Assembly (NCBI RefSeq): GCF_009914755.1
Contig: NC_060932.1
Length of the DNA stretch: 64,000 bases
Source of the DNA: the human T2T-CHM13v2.0 reference genome, Homo sapiens
Reading direction: 5' to 3' (one strand)
Numbering within the stretch: the stretch's first letter is position 1; each line of letters starts with the position of its first letter. The notes below the pieces were generated by a model that had not been told where the DNA came from, did not search any database, and was given only the letters and a program-made list of their open reading frames with translations. The position numbers were made by a program, and so were the translations under genes. Shown here one piece after another: positions 48,401 to 61,621 of the stretch.

Positions 48401-49228
48401 CTTACATTAGGAAGCAGGACTCTTAGCGTGTAGCCAGAAACCCCAATAACCTTTAAGCTGTTAACCCTTGAGGATACGGCTCAATGGTGTACCCACGTGG
48501 AGTTCATTATTTATCTCCGAAAGCCCTGTCTGTCTCTCATTCCGACCCTTAAACGAATCATCTGCAGTTTGGCCAACAATTCAGTTCCAGCTCCCTGGGA
48601 ATACCAGCAAATCCCGGGACAGCTGTTCCTTCTGCTGAAAACACCAGGAAAATCCGCCCAGGAGCTCAGGCTGTTTGACCAGAAAGCCTGGTGTTGGTCA
48701 CTGTCAGAGAGCACGAACAGAGGGAAGAGGAGGTCCTTGGCTGGGTCCTTCATTTTTTTCTTTTTTTTTTTTTTTTGTCCTTGGGAGCTTGGATGAGCTT
48801 GTCTTTGATGCCTTAATTGTTTCTGCACTCTTTTCTCCCTTTCATAAATCCATTGAAACGATATATATATTTAAGAGTAAGGCAAACCTCAAATTAGGCT
48901 GTCTGTAGAACTGAGCCTCTGCAAAGAGAGTAATTAAATTATTGGCATGAAACGGCAGGAACCCTGGAGGGGACGGCAGGGAGAAGGCACTAGTAAAAGT
49001 GGAAGGAAACTACTTGGGAAGATATTGGTGCCTGTGCTGGGGAATGACATATACCCAAACCATTTCTCATCAGACTTGAAAATACCGTATACATCTGTGT
49101 ATGTCAGCGGATGTGCGGCAGATTCCCCTGCCCCACTGGTCTGTCTGAATGTTCTGTCTCTGTTTAGCCTGGGTGAGATGGAGGAGGATTCCCTCTTAGG
49201 GGCTTGCCACGCCACCCCTCCTCCACAG

Positions 49229-49934
49229 TGTGGAAATAAAAATCTTGAGTTCCTTTAAGGAAAATTGCAGGCACCTAGCTATCCCTGAGAAATTAATGAG
49301 CAACTTCATAAGTAAAAAGGTAATCATACCATAAAACAATAGCAATAAAATTAGAGCCATGAGATGTTTGGTTCCCTATAGAAACTGAAGATACATCTTA
49401 ACATATGTTCCTGAGTTATTTTTCAGAAACCCAGACCTCTACCAAATGGATCTGCTGGCACGCAGACCTCAGAAAAGGGGAAACTGAGGACTGAACTCTG
49501 ACTGCTATTTCTTGTTCTGCATTTTTTCTTGAAGGACCTGAAGGAAGTCACGCCCATGGGCCAGACCTAACGTTCTTTAATGCTGACTCTCAATTTTTAA
49601 ATAGAGCTTCCCTTCCTTAACCAACTGCAAATCAGAAAATTGTTGAATCCCCTACCCCGTGACCTGTAAGCCCCTGCTTCAAGATATCCTGTGTGTTAAG
49701 GTCAAACCAATATGTAGCCTCCATGTATTGACTTATGACTTTGTGTGTAACCTCTGCCTGCCTGCCTTTAGAAACCGTTGCTTGCAAGCCACTGGGAAGG
49801 TCAGGTGAGCTGCCTGATTCTCCTTGCTGGGTGCCCTGAAAATAAACACCCTCCTTTCTCTCACTACAAAACCTCAGTTTGAATGTTTGGCTTCACTGCC
49901 CTGGAGGCACAGACCTCAGTTCAGTTGGGCAACA
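49229..49934 (+). mobile_element. MER39 (ERV1) solo LTR
   Basis: TGTGGAAATAAAAATCTTGAGTTCC...GATGTTTGGTTCCCTATAGAAAC...GGGCAACA; ~706 bp; AATAAA near 3' end. Confidence 0.8.
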
Positions 49935-50100
49935 TGGGTCTCGGGGTGCTGAAAGCCACTTTTTATTTTCATTAGGGACTTGCTCATGCCAAACATCCTG
50001 AATTTAAGTAGAACTTACTAGGTTTGGGGTGTTTGTGGGATGGGGTCCCCTTGTGGAGCCCTGAGCCTTCTGCCATCCCCTATCTCTGGTCCCCACTAAT

Positions 50101-50416
<316 letters not shown>

Positions 50417-51029
50417 TAATTCTAACCTGGATTGGCTCCTTTGTGCTCCAATTCTTTCCCTGCTTCAATGCAAAGGTTTCACTTTCCTTTGAGGCCTTAC
50501 TGTACAGGCCAACATCCCGGAGGTGTCAGCCTCTGTCCCCAGTTGACTTTCACAAGCCCACCAAGCACTTGGCAAAATAAAGGCCTTCCTGTTAACACCA
50601 TCTGGTGTTAGGGTACACTGGGTAGCAAAAATGTGTCCCTTCTGCATACATAATCCACATATCCCCAAGCTTTCTCTGTCCACGGTAATGGCTTGAGCCT
50701 CCACTCCTGTGGCCCTTCAGCAAATCCAGTCCTCTCACCTCCCCATATTTTTAAGGGTCCCTTAGGGAGGGGCCAGTTACCTATTGTCTTACTCTAGAAG
50801 TCATTGCTTGGGTCCTCTTGCAGGTTAACTCTGGCCTTTTGGCAGCTCCTAATCTGTGCCGCAGAGCTGCCCTCAGCTCAGCCTCTCTGCAGCAGGGTGG
50901 GTACAGGAGCCCCCTTCCCACTCCCTGGAGAATGGTGAACATTCTCACTACTGATCGTCTCTGCCTCCACCCTTGCCTGCTCCTGCCCTGCCCTGGAGCT
51001 CACCTCCTGGCCCAGAATCTCTTGCTCCC

Positions 51030-51471
51030 TGTGATGGTTAATAATGTCAATTTGATTGGATTGAAGGATGCAAGTATTGATCCTGGGTGTGTCTCTGAAG
51101 GTGTTGCCAAAGGAGAGTAACATTTGAGTCAGTGGGCTGAGGAAGGCAGACCCACCCTTAATCTGGGTGGGCACTATCTAATCAGCTGCCAGTGTGGCCA
51201 GGATATAAAGCAGGCAGAAAAACATGAAAAAGCTAGATTGGCTTAGCCTCCCAGCCTACATGTTTCTCATGTGCTGGATGCTTCCTGCCCTCAAACATCA
51301 GACAAGTTCTTCAGCTTTGGAACTTGGACTGGCTTCCTTGCTCCTCAGCTTGCAGATGGCCTATTGTGGGACTCTGTGATCCTCTAAGCTAATACTACTT
51401 AATAAACTCCCCTTTATATATATCTATCTATCCTATTAGTTCTGTCCCTCTAGAGAACCCTGACTAATATA
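51030..51471 (+). mobile_element. MLT2A1-type 5' LTR of HERV-L
   Basis: TGTGATGGTTAATA...TGATTGGATTGAAGGATGC...CTCTAGAGAACCCTGACTAATATA. Confidence 0.9.
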
Positions 51472-51835
51472 GATTTTCGTACCAGGAGTGGTTCTAGAGG
51501 AACAGAATATTAAGGATGGAGTTCTTTAGTTGGTTTTGGGGTTTCTGGAGTTGGCTGCTTAATATGATTAGACCCCAAAATGCTAAGGACTCTACTGCTA
51601 ATAGTACAGAGAACACTAATAGCCATTGGTGTGTGAACTCTTCAGAGAATTATGCAAAATAAATGCATTTGATACTCCTGATTCACCCCTCATGAGAGGT
51701 AAGGAGTTTAGTGACTCTATACATAATACCTTGGACTATATGTGGAGAACCAAGGAACGTAATGAAGTTGGTTGGTTGCTCCTAAGTTCGCTGGGCAAAG
51801 TTATGAAAGAAAATGATGAACTCAGGACTTATACA
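51472..51835 (+). pseudogene. HERV-L leader plus gag N-terminus, truncated and joined to the last bases of the 3' LTR
   Basis: GATTTTCGTACCAGGAGTGGTTCTAGAGG leader; peptide ELFRELCKINAFDTPDSPLMRGKEFSDSIHNT...NEVGWLLLSSLGKVMKENDELR. Confidence 0.85.
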
Positions 51836-52244
51836 CTCCCTAACCCTTGTCCCTTGCTCCTCCCTATCTCCTTACCCCAACCAGAGGAAGCAAAAATGCC
51901 TTAATGCCATAAATAATTTCTACAGACTCCCTATCTAAAACAAAGATGGATTTCTACTTAACATCTCAGTCTGAAGCACTTGCATATAGATTTCTCCACT
52001 GTTTGTTGTTGTTGTTGTTTTCAAGAAGAAGCCTTGCTGGGGAAAAGGAAGATTCTCTCCATCCTGCTTCTACCCTACAGTACCCTAAAGGATACAGCTT
52101 TTTTCCTCTAATGTTTTATTTTTAAAAGTTTTAGACATACATAAAGTTGATGGAGTACTGCAATGAATGAATGCCCATATATCCTGTACCTAGATTGAAC
52201 AGGTGATAACATTTTGCCAGGTTTGCTTTATCTCTTATATGTAG

Positions 52245-52245
<1 letters not shown>

Positions 52246-52286
<41 letters not shown>
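52246..52286 (+). repeat. (TG)20 microsatellite within an old L1 fragment
   Basis: Direct reading. Confidence 0.95.
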
Positions 52287-52288
<2 letters not shown>

Positions 52289-52649
52289 ATGTTTGGCTGG
52301 ATCATTTAAAAGTAAGTTGCATACATCATGATCTTTTATCCCGAACTAGTTCAACTTGCATCTCCTAAGAATAAGGACATTTTACAAACCACCATACCAT
52401 TAACACCTAAAAAAATGAACAGTATTTCCATAATACACAACAACTTTTAAAATAGCGTCTTCAAGGCTTTTTCTGGTATTCTTCCCTCATACTTTAGGCC
52501 ATGTAGTAGTGGCATATGTGTTATCAGTACTTGGGAACGCCAGTGGTTTTCCTGTCCAAATTGGGGAACAAGGTTGCCAAGAGTTAAATGTAAGATTAAC
52601 TTACAATCAGAGCAGAGATATGCAGAGACATCTTAAAAGATATAAAGAG

Positions 52650-52957
52650 GGCCCAGCGTGGTGTCACATCCCTGTAATCCCATCAATTTGGGAGGCTGAG
52701 TTGGGAGGATCATTTGAGATCAGGAACTCGAGGCCAGCCTGGGCAATATAGTGAGATCCGGTCTCTTCAAAAAACAAACAAAAAATTACCCAGGCTTGAT
52801 GGTGTGTGCCTGTAGCCCCAGGTACTCTGGAGGCGAAGGTGGGAAGATTCCTTGAGCCCAGTAGTTCAAGGCTGCAGTGAGCTAAGATTGCACCACTGAA
52901 CTCCAGCCTTGGTGACAGAGCAAGAGCCTGTCTTTTAAAAAAGGAAAAAAAAAAAAA
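52650..52957 (+). mobile_element. AluJ
   Basis: Diverged Alu arms with A tail. Confidence 0.9.
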
Positions 52958-53469
52958 GAGAAGTCTATTTATTTGGTTCATAGTCTGTTGACCCCTAAAG
53001 GAAGCATCAGAAGCCACTGCATAAAAGCTGTGACATGAAGCTCAGGAAGATTTTTTCTAAGATATTTGCCAGCTACAAGGCATTGTCCAAATATGGGCCT
53101 TATTTCCAGAAAAAAAAAGGGGAGGGAGGAATGCCATGGAGTAAGTTATTCTCGGGAGTCCTTGCTTATTCTTAAGGATTGTACTAGGCCCAGCCAGTCT
53201 CATTTGCTACTTGGAAATGAGGGCATGTGCCTTAATGTGTGGGATTTCTATTAAGCGTGAAATTTGACCCCATAAGTACTACTTAATCTCATGAGTACCT
53301 TCCATGTAAGATTGGGTCTTACCTAATAGACTTTGAATATTTCAGTCTCAGTTGAAAAGTCCTCTCTGTAATGAGAAAGGTGAGCTGGCTCTCAGAGCTT
53401 GATTCCCTTAAACATGGGATTCTCCCTAATTCCCTTCATTTGGATTCCATATTGAAAAAGCAGCTGTTT

Positions 53470-54263
<794 letters not shown>

Positions 54264-54760
54264 GCAACCCTTAGATTATGATGTTGCTCCCATGGAAACT
54301 TCCTTTCGGGAAAAGATGTCTTAGTCATACAGACTTTAAGTATTCTAGTTCCTGTGTTGGTGATTTCCTGTTGTAAAATTTATAAATTAGACTCAGAGAA
54401 TGGTTTGGCTTCCCATGTCATAGGACTATAGATGGAAAAAGAATGCATCGATTATATGTGGACCAGGGTTTTGCATTTCTGGAGAGAGTAATTGCTCATT
54501 GTGAGCCAATAAATTGACTTTCTGGTTTGATTCCTCAGTGTCATGGTCCATCCCTGAGATTTTGGCTAGGAGAGGAGCAGCCACCATATCTGTGCCAAAA
54601 AAACCTAGTTTCTGAGCTTCTGAGGTTGAGAAGCAGACTTAGTGCTAATTTGCCAAAATGATGACTTCAACCCCAGGAGCCCATGGCAGTTGAACAATCT
54701 GGATATTTCCAAAGCTAGCAGCCCACTACCACATTGCCATGTGGTTAAATGCAGGGCCAT

Positions 54761-54856
54761 TATTAGTCTCATTTTGAATTTCTAATATGTTATATAATAT
54801 ATATTAGATTTCTAATATATAATTTAATATAATAGAAATCCAAAATGAGACAAATA
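54761..54856. repeat. AT-rich imperfect palindrome
   Basis: GTCTCATTTTGAATTTCTAATATG...ATATTAGA-TT-TCTAATAT...TAGAAATCCAAAATGAGAC. Confidence 0.85.
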
Positions 54857-55596
54857 TGTGAATCAGACCATAAATATATTACATAGATAAATAATGAATA
54901 AATTATATAAAGGTAATATGCAATATATTACATAATATAATATTGGATTTTTAATATATGGGTTCTACATAGTAATACATATCCCAAAGAAATCTTGGTC
55001 CCTTGGGAAAACAAACAAAACTCCCAATCACAGACACACAAAAAAAGGAATTAATTAAAACCAGGAATATTTTAGATCTTGTCTCAGATTCAGACTTAAT
55101 AAGAAAAAAGAAGAGTTTTAAAGAAAACTGGTAAGATTGTTGGTATAGTAGATGAACCTGAAGCATCAATAGAAAAAACCTCATTGTGGCAATGCCTTAA
55201 ATCTCTGAAGCACTGAGACCAAATTGTAGCAGGTTCGCTCCAAAAGTCATGTTTTCTTCTCTAGATTTCAACCAGTCAGTTATTGAAGAGATGGTAGGCA
55301 ATGAGTCTGGCACGTTCTATGGGAAGAAAACAGAAACACGTACAGCTTGTCCAACTGAGGCAGAAGAAACTGTGATGGGAACAATGTTCGGAGGGAATGA
55401 CTGATGAATGCTTGATGGTGCTGTTTGAAGAGGAGACCTGGATGTCGGAAGCGAGTGGAGGGGAGGAGAGTGGGGCTGAGTTATTTAATTAGCTAGGGTC
55501 CAGGAGGCAGGCTAACTTGCTGAGGGCTAGCACTGTGGAGCAGAGCTGGAAGGAAAGGCAGAGAGAGATTAGCAGACCAGGAGCAAGTCTCCTAGG

Positions 55597-56111
55597 ACCA
55601 CTCCTCAAACGTGAGTGTGCCCAAGAGAGCTGGGAGTGCTTGTTTTGTTGTTGTTGTTTTTGCTTTTTTTTGTTTGTTTGTTTTTAACTGGGACGAAGTC
55701 TTACTCTGTCACCCAGGCTGGAGTGCAGTAGAATGATCTTGGCTCATTGCAACCCTGGCCTCCTGAGTTCAAGCAATTCAGCCTCAGCCTCCGAGAGCTG
55801 GTATTACACGTATGCACCACCACGTCCAGCTAATTTTTTTGTATTTTTAGTAGAGTCAGGGATTCACCATGTTGGTCAGGCTGGTTTTGAACTCCTGACC
55901 TCAAATGATCCGCCTGCCTCGGCCTCCCAAAGAGCTGGGATTACAGGTGGGAGCCACCGCGCCTGGCCAGGAGAGCTTGTTCAAACACAGATTTCTGTCT
56001 GTCTCCTCTAGATTCTGAGTCAGTGAGTCTGGAGCAGGGCTCATATAGCTGCATTTCTATCAAAACACTGCAAATGCTGCTGATCTGTGGATCCCCTGTT
56101 AAGTAGCACTG
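55597..56111. mobile_element. MER5A split by an AluS (-, ~55645-55968)
   Basis: AAACACAGATTTCTG...AGATTCTGAGTCAGTGAGTCTGGAGCAGGGC; Alu TSD GGAG(T/A)GCTTGTT. Confidence 0.75.
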
Positions 56112-56376
56112 TACTTTAGAAAACACTTAAAAGCTGGGAGACCCTGTTGAAGTTGATTTTCCAAGGAAAGCAAATTTTTAGAGAAGAGAAGTTTGGGAAG
56201 GAGGTGTTGGGCTATGTATGCAGAGATGTTTCTGTTGCTAATAAAAGACATCTGAGAACGCAAATGCTACCTCTACCTTTGAAGTCTTTCTTAACTTATC
56301 TGAGTAGCCCGGCAGCTTCTCTTGGGTTCTCTCAATGCACATCTCTGTTATGGCAATTATCTGAGGGTATTATAAA

Positions 56377-56387
56377 TTGTGTGCGTG

Positions 56388-56422
<35 letters not shown>
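56377..56422 (+). repeat. (TG)n/(CGTG) microsatellite within an L2-like fragment
   Basis: Direct reading. Confidence 0.9.
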
Positions 56423-56919
56423 CCTCACCAGAGCATAAGCTCCTTGAATCAGAGACCAGGCCTTTTACTGTTGTATCCTGTATTATAGTGCTTGGCATAG
56501 GCCTGCCACACAGTTAACTACTCAACAGAGGTTTGCTGGATACATTGATACGTGAGTCAGTCCTTCAAGAATCTGAATAAATTGGAGACAGGTGGAGAAG
56601 GCAATTCCTGTGCATAAAACAGAACAAGTGTAAATCTAGAAGAAGGTGCAAGACATGCTAGGGAAAGCAAACAGGTGGGGGAGAGGGTGTGCTTCTGGAG
56701 AGTCAGGTCAGATGGGTTTTGTGTGCTAGAGATTGCTGACTGTGGAGCCCTGAGAAACCGGCAGAGGAGCAAGAGTATTTTGCCTCAAGTGATAAGTGTT
56801 TTTGAGTCTGAGCTCAGAAACAGGACTCATCTAATTTGGGCCTTAGAGCCCCAGACACCAGGTTATACTCTTGAAGCTGTTTTTACGCATTATTTTCCAG
56901 TACCTTCATGGGTTGGGGG

Positions 56920-57125
56920 CACTGGCTGAGCTCCCATCCCACCACTAGCACCGACTTTCCTGGTGCAAGAATACGGCATCTTAGAACTAATTCTCCAATT
57001 CCCAGTCGAACCACCCCAGGTGAGACTGTATGAAGCAGAGATGAGATTTCCTGCAAGCTTTGTGCCAATTGCACCCTTGTGAGACAGGTAAATTGTTGTT
57101 TTAAGCCATTAGGTTTTGGAGTGCA
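56920..57125 (+). mobile_element. Old MLT1 (G/H/J-like) 3' fragment
   Basis: GAAGCAGAGATGAG...AAATTGTTGTTTTAAGCCATTAGGTTTTGGAGTG. Confidence 0.6.
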
Positions 57126-57180
57126 GAATAGAAACACAGGGGCTGATTAGTAGTTCTATGAAATGTCACGTAAGTAATGA

Positions 57181-57381
<201 letters not shown>

Positions 57382-58547
57382 TAGGTCTTTACAGGTCTTC
57401 AGGCAGAGAGAAACAATTTCCAAGGAGCTTATCTCAATGAACTGAACCCAGGACACAGGAGCAGCACACAGGATAAGTGGATTTGGGTTGGATGTCGCTG
57501 AGGGAAAAATAAGAAGAAAGTGTAGTCTCTGTGCTTAAAGGGCATCAGCATGGGATCAGAGCTCTTCAAATGCAATCGGAGGCCAGTTTCCCCAGAGACT
57601 GAATTAAGTTAAAAGAGGAAGTCAGCTTGGACTCACTTGAAATAAAGCTGCTAGGATGAAACGAATGTATTAATAAAAACAAGACATGAGAAATGGTAAC
57701 AGCAAAGGGAAGAGATCAATCTTGTGCAGGGGCTTGTGTTGCAATGCGGAAAAAATTTTGTAATCAGAATGAAACGCTAGTGATCGCGTAAGCAATGGAT
57801 GTCAGCGAGGACTATTGGAGAGGCACACGATTCACATGACTCTAATCCATAGCGGGTGCTGGGAGTGGGAGGCATGGAGAGGTAGGGAAGGCATGACTGT
57901 TTGCCAGAGAAAAACGTTCCCTTGGGCAGGGAGGGCCACTTACTGGGCAGAGATATGAAGGAAACACATTTATGCAGTGGCTCCGTATTTGGTACCATGG
58001 AGGATACCAATTCAAAGACATGGCCCAAGGGATATGATGCACATCTACCCATCATAGGAACTCTCTATGCAAACTGTTCCATCTCCCCAAGCCAAGGGCC
58101 TTCAAGCTTTAAGGAGCCTGGGTTGAAATTCGAGTCTGGGAGTCACAGTGTTTGTTGTGTCCCCTCACCCTCTGCTCCATTGTCCTCCTGGTGCCCTTTT
58201 TAGGAAAGCCCAGGCACAATAGAAGCTACTTGGACTGTAATTATCCTTACTGTCCTGCAAGCCTCCCTAGGTGCAGTGAGAGCATCTTACTCACCCTGGA
58301 GATTCTTAAAAACTGCTTATTGACTGGGTGGATTAATGTCTGGCTGGGGGAATGAACCCAGTGCCCAGTGGTGCAGGAGAGCCTTGGGAAAATGCAGAGG
58401 GGCCCTCCAGAAGGACAGGGCAGTGGGACTGAATGGGAAACATCACCCAAGCAGGTGGGGATGTGGAGAGGTCAAGTTTAGGAAATCTAAGGCCTTGTGA
58501 AAGTCCTTCTAATCAAATGGTAATAGGTAGTAAGTCTCGCTTGCCTG

Positions 58548-58548
<1 letters not shown>

Positions 58549-58612
<64 letters not shown>

Positions 58613-58973
58613 TTCCTTCCTTCCTTCCTTTCTTTTCTTTCTTTATTTCTTTTTCCTTCCTTCCTTCCTTCCTTCTTTCTTTCTTTTTTTTTCCAGAGTC
58701 TTACTCTATCTCCCAGGCTGGAGGGCAGTTGTTTCATCTCGGCTCACTGCCACTTCCGCCTCCTGGGTTCAAGCAATTCTCCTGCCTCAGCCTCCTGAGT
58801 AGCTGGGATTACATGAACACACCACCAGGCCTGGCTAACTTTTTGTATCTTTAGTAGAGACGGGGTTTCACCATGTTGGCCAGGCTGATCTCAAACTCCT
58901 GACCTCAAGTGATTTGCCTCCCCTTGGCCTCCCAAAGTGCTGGGATTACAGGCATGAGCCACCGTGCTCTGCC
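58549..58973 (-). mobile_element. AluS with (CTTT)n/(CCTT)n STR tail (58549-58692)
   Basis: Full Alu; long tetranucleotide tract. Confidence 0.95.
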
Positions 58974-60002
58974 CTAACTGGTCATTTTCAATGTCCCTTT
59001 CTCTGCTCTGAAGGGAGGTGCCAGCAGGCAAGGAAAGTGACTGGTAGAAAAATGAGAATTGCAGGAACCCACATGACTCCCTAACTGGAGCTTCAGCTCC
59101 CTCCCAGAGCCAAGAAGCCAAGGGAGCCAGGGCTGTGTTCTGTGTAACCAGCTTCCACAGCCACCCTCTCCGTGCCACCAATTCAGTCTTCTGGTCTACC
59201 AGCCCAGGTACTGTTGAGTGCCGGCAGCAGAGGGGCCAGGGACTGCTGTGAGGCAGCGTCTCCATCCAGAGACCCCTGCCTGGGACGTCTGCCACATCCT
59301 CAGTCAGTTGCCTCTGATTAACCCAGAGTCCGTGAGAGCAGGAAACCCCCAAATGTCACCATAAAACTGGGGACATTTTCAAGCTAACCCCCCCACCACA
59401 CCCCGGGTAATATAGTTAAACCCCTTCATTTTACAGGCAAGGAAACCAGAGATCAGAAAGGTTAAATGACTTCTCAGAGGCAGTGGTAGAGCAGGTTCTA
59501 CCCTCCTTTCCATTACAGGCTTAAAGTCAGCATCACTTTAGAGGAGATTTAACCAGCAGATGAGCAGGTAGCATCAACGCAGAACATGCACTTTGGCAGG
59601 GCTGGCTTCTCTGTCCTTCTCTCCTGCCTGTACTCATCCTCCCCAACATGGAAGGAGGTGGGTTTTCCATCCTCTTTACCCCTTTGTTTATCTCCATCCC
59701 GCCCCACAGCAGGGAAGGAGGCTTTTAACAGAATCACCCTTGGGAAGTTTTGCCTTGGGATTCTATTTAAATGACAGAATAGACCTGATGTATGGTGGGG
59801 TCCCTCTCAGTAGAATATAGGTATCCAGGGTGTTGTGAGTTGAATTGTGTCCCCCAAAAAGACATATTGAAGTGGTAACGCCTGGTACCTATGAATGTGG
59901 CCTTGTTTGGAAGTACAGTCTTTGCTGAAGTAATTAAGATGGAAGTTAAGAGGAGATACTGGAATAGGGTGGACCCTTAATCCAGTATAACTAGTGCCCT
60001 TA

Positions 60003-61621
60003 AGAAACTGCCTTTGCAAAATTATAACTGAGGAACTTATGACAGTGAAAGAAGTCAGCCCTAACCGACTCTGTCTTGCTTCTCTGACCCTTAAGCTGTC
60101 CTTGTTCTTTCCTGGGCGTAGGTCAAACTTTGGGAAGGAATTCAGTTCATTGTTTGACTCTGAAACAAAATCGATAATAGCCCTTTCCTGAAAAGACCCC
60201 TTTCTTGTCTGGGGTCCAATCTGCTTTTGCAGGACTAACAAATTAGCTATAAGATTAGAAATTAGCCACTGGCTTCAAGAGTCTGAACCTCCCCAAATTG
60301 CTCCTGGGGGTAACTGTAGGGAGTCCCCCTGAAACTATTGCTACGGAGTAAAAGATGAAATGCTCCTGGTTATTGTAAATACAAAATTACATGCAGGATT
60401 GTGTAAAGACAATGCCAGTTTGGACTGCCAGAAAGAGCCAACAGCGCGTGATGTGCTTCCCCCCGCAGAGAGCCTATGAATGGATGTGCAGTCAGGGAGG
60501 TTTCACATCACCAAGATTCCTATCCCAGAAAAGCAGATGTTCATAGCTCTGGGAATGGAATGCAACCCTTGTGGAGAGCCTATAAATGGGTGCGTTGGGG
60601 AGGGGTGGCACCTGTCCATATGGATACGATAGGGCTATAAACGCCCTCATCTTGCCATGGCTCTTCTAGGCCTCTTTAGGGTTAAGGCATACTCCCTTCT
60701 GAGAATTTCTGGTCTAACCGGTTGTCTAGCTTCACGTCCTGTTTCCATGGATTGTTCGTAACCAGCTTGTGTGGCAATTGTTACTGCTGATTAATATCTT
60801 GCTAATCATAGGTTATGGAAAGATTGTGTTTCGGTTTTAAGGCTCTGTTAAAAATTACTGATGCACACACTATATTGTAAATTCTTATCTCTGTATACTG
60901 TACTTCTACATACAAATGTACTGTACTTCTACATACAAATGTTATGTTAAAGAATTACTTCATCCCCATGTGACCATCTCACCTCATAATCAAATGACCC
61001 TAAATCCATCACTAACCTACCCCTGCCCTCACTAAATTTAATAAGTGCTGGTATATCCAGTGCATTGTTGGCACCACAGGACCAGAAGGCAGTGACCCCC
61101 CCGGACCCAGCTTTCACTATCTTGTGTGTGTCTATTATTTCTCAACCTGCCGACCTGCCTGGGAACAAAGAGAGAGCCCTATTGCATTGCGGGCTGCTGG
61201 CCAGATCCCGCAATAGGTAACATCACTATTGTAAAATCTCAGATCAGAGCTTGAGATATTTTGCAGACCTTGCACTTGATGGAGCAGCTGACACCACCCA
61301 GACCCAACCAGTTCTGCCCAACCAGCTCTGCCATTGCACCCAGGAACACAAGACATTAGGAAAACCTAACTTCGACCCCCTATGATTCCATCTCCAACTT
61401 GACCAATCAGCCTCCCCACTTCCCAAGACCCTACCTGCCAAATTATCTTTAAAAACTCAGATCCCCGAATGCTCGGGGAGACAGATTTGAGTAATAATAA
61501 AACTCTGGTCTCTTGCACAGGTGGCTCTGTGTGAATTACTCTTTCTCCATTGCAATTCCGCTGTCTTGATAAATCGGTTCTCTCTAGGCAGCAGGCAAGG
61601 GGAACCCACTGGGCAGTTACA
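60003..61621 (+). mobile_element. LTR8 (ERV1), middle layer
   Basis: GAAACTGCCTTTGCAAAATTATAACTGAGG...GGGCAGTTACA; 4-bp TSD CTTA. Confidence 0.9.
60315..61215 (+). mobile_element. ERVK-class solo LTR (MER11D-like), inner layer
   Basis: TGTAGGGAGTCCCCCTGAAACTATTGC...CCAGATCCCGCAATA; 901 bp; perfect 6-bp TSD GGTAAC. Confidence 0.75.

Noticed and set aside
51626-51904. gag-like ORF as a functional CDS
   Set aside because: Non-ATG start, truncated N-terminal gag fragment running into flank; annotated as a remnant.
57480-57870. Several CpGs in unique sequence (e.g. GATCGCGTAAG), possible regulatory or RNA element
   Set aside because: Too few CpGs, no clear motif cluster or fold, no resemblance to a known ncRNA.
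60896-60941. 23-bp tandem duplication inside the inner LTR
   Set aside because: Short internal repeats are common in MER11-type LTRs; probably inherited from the family consensus.
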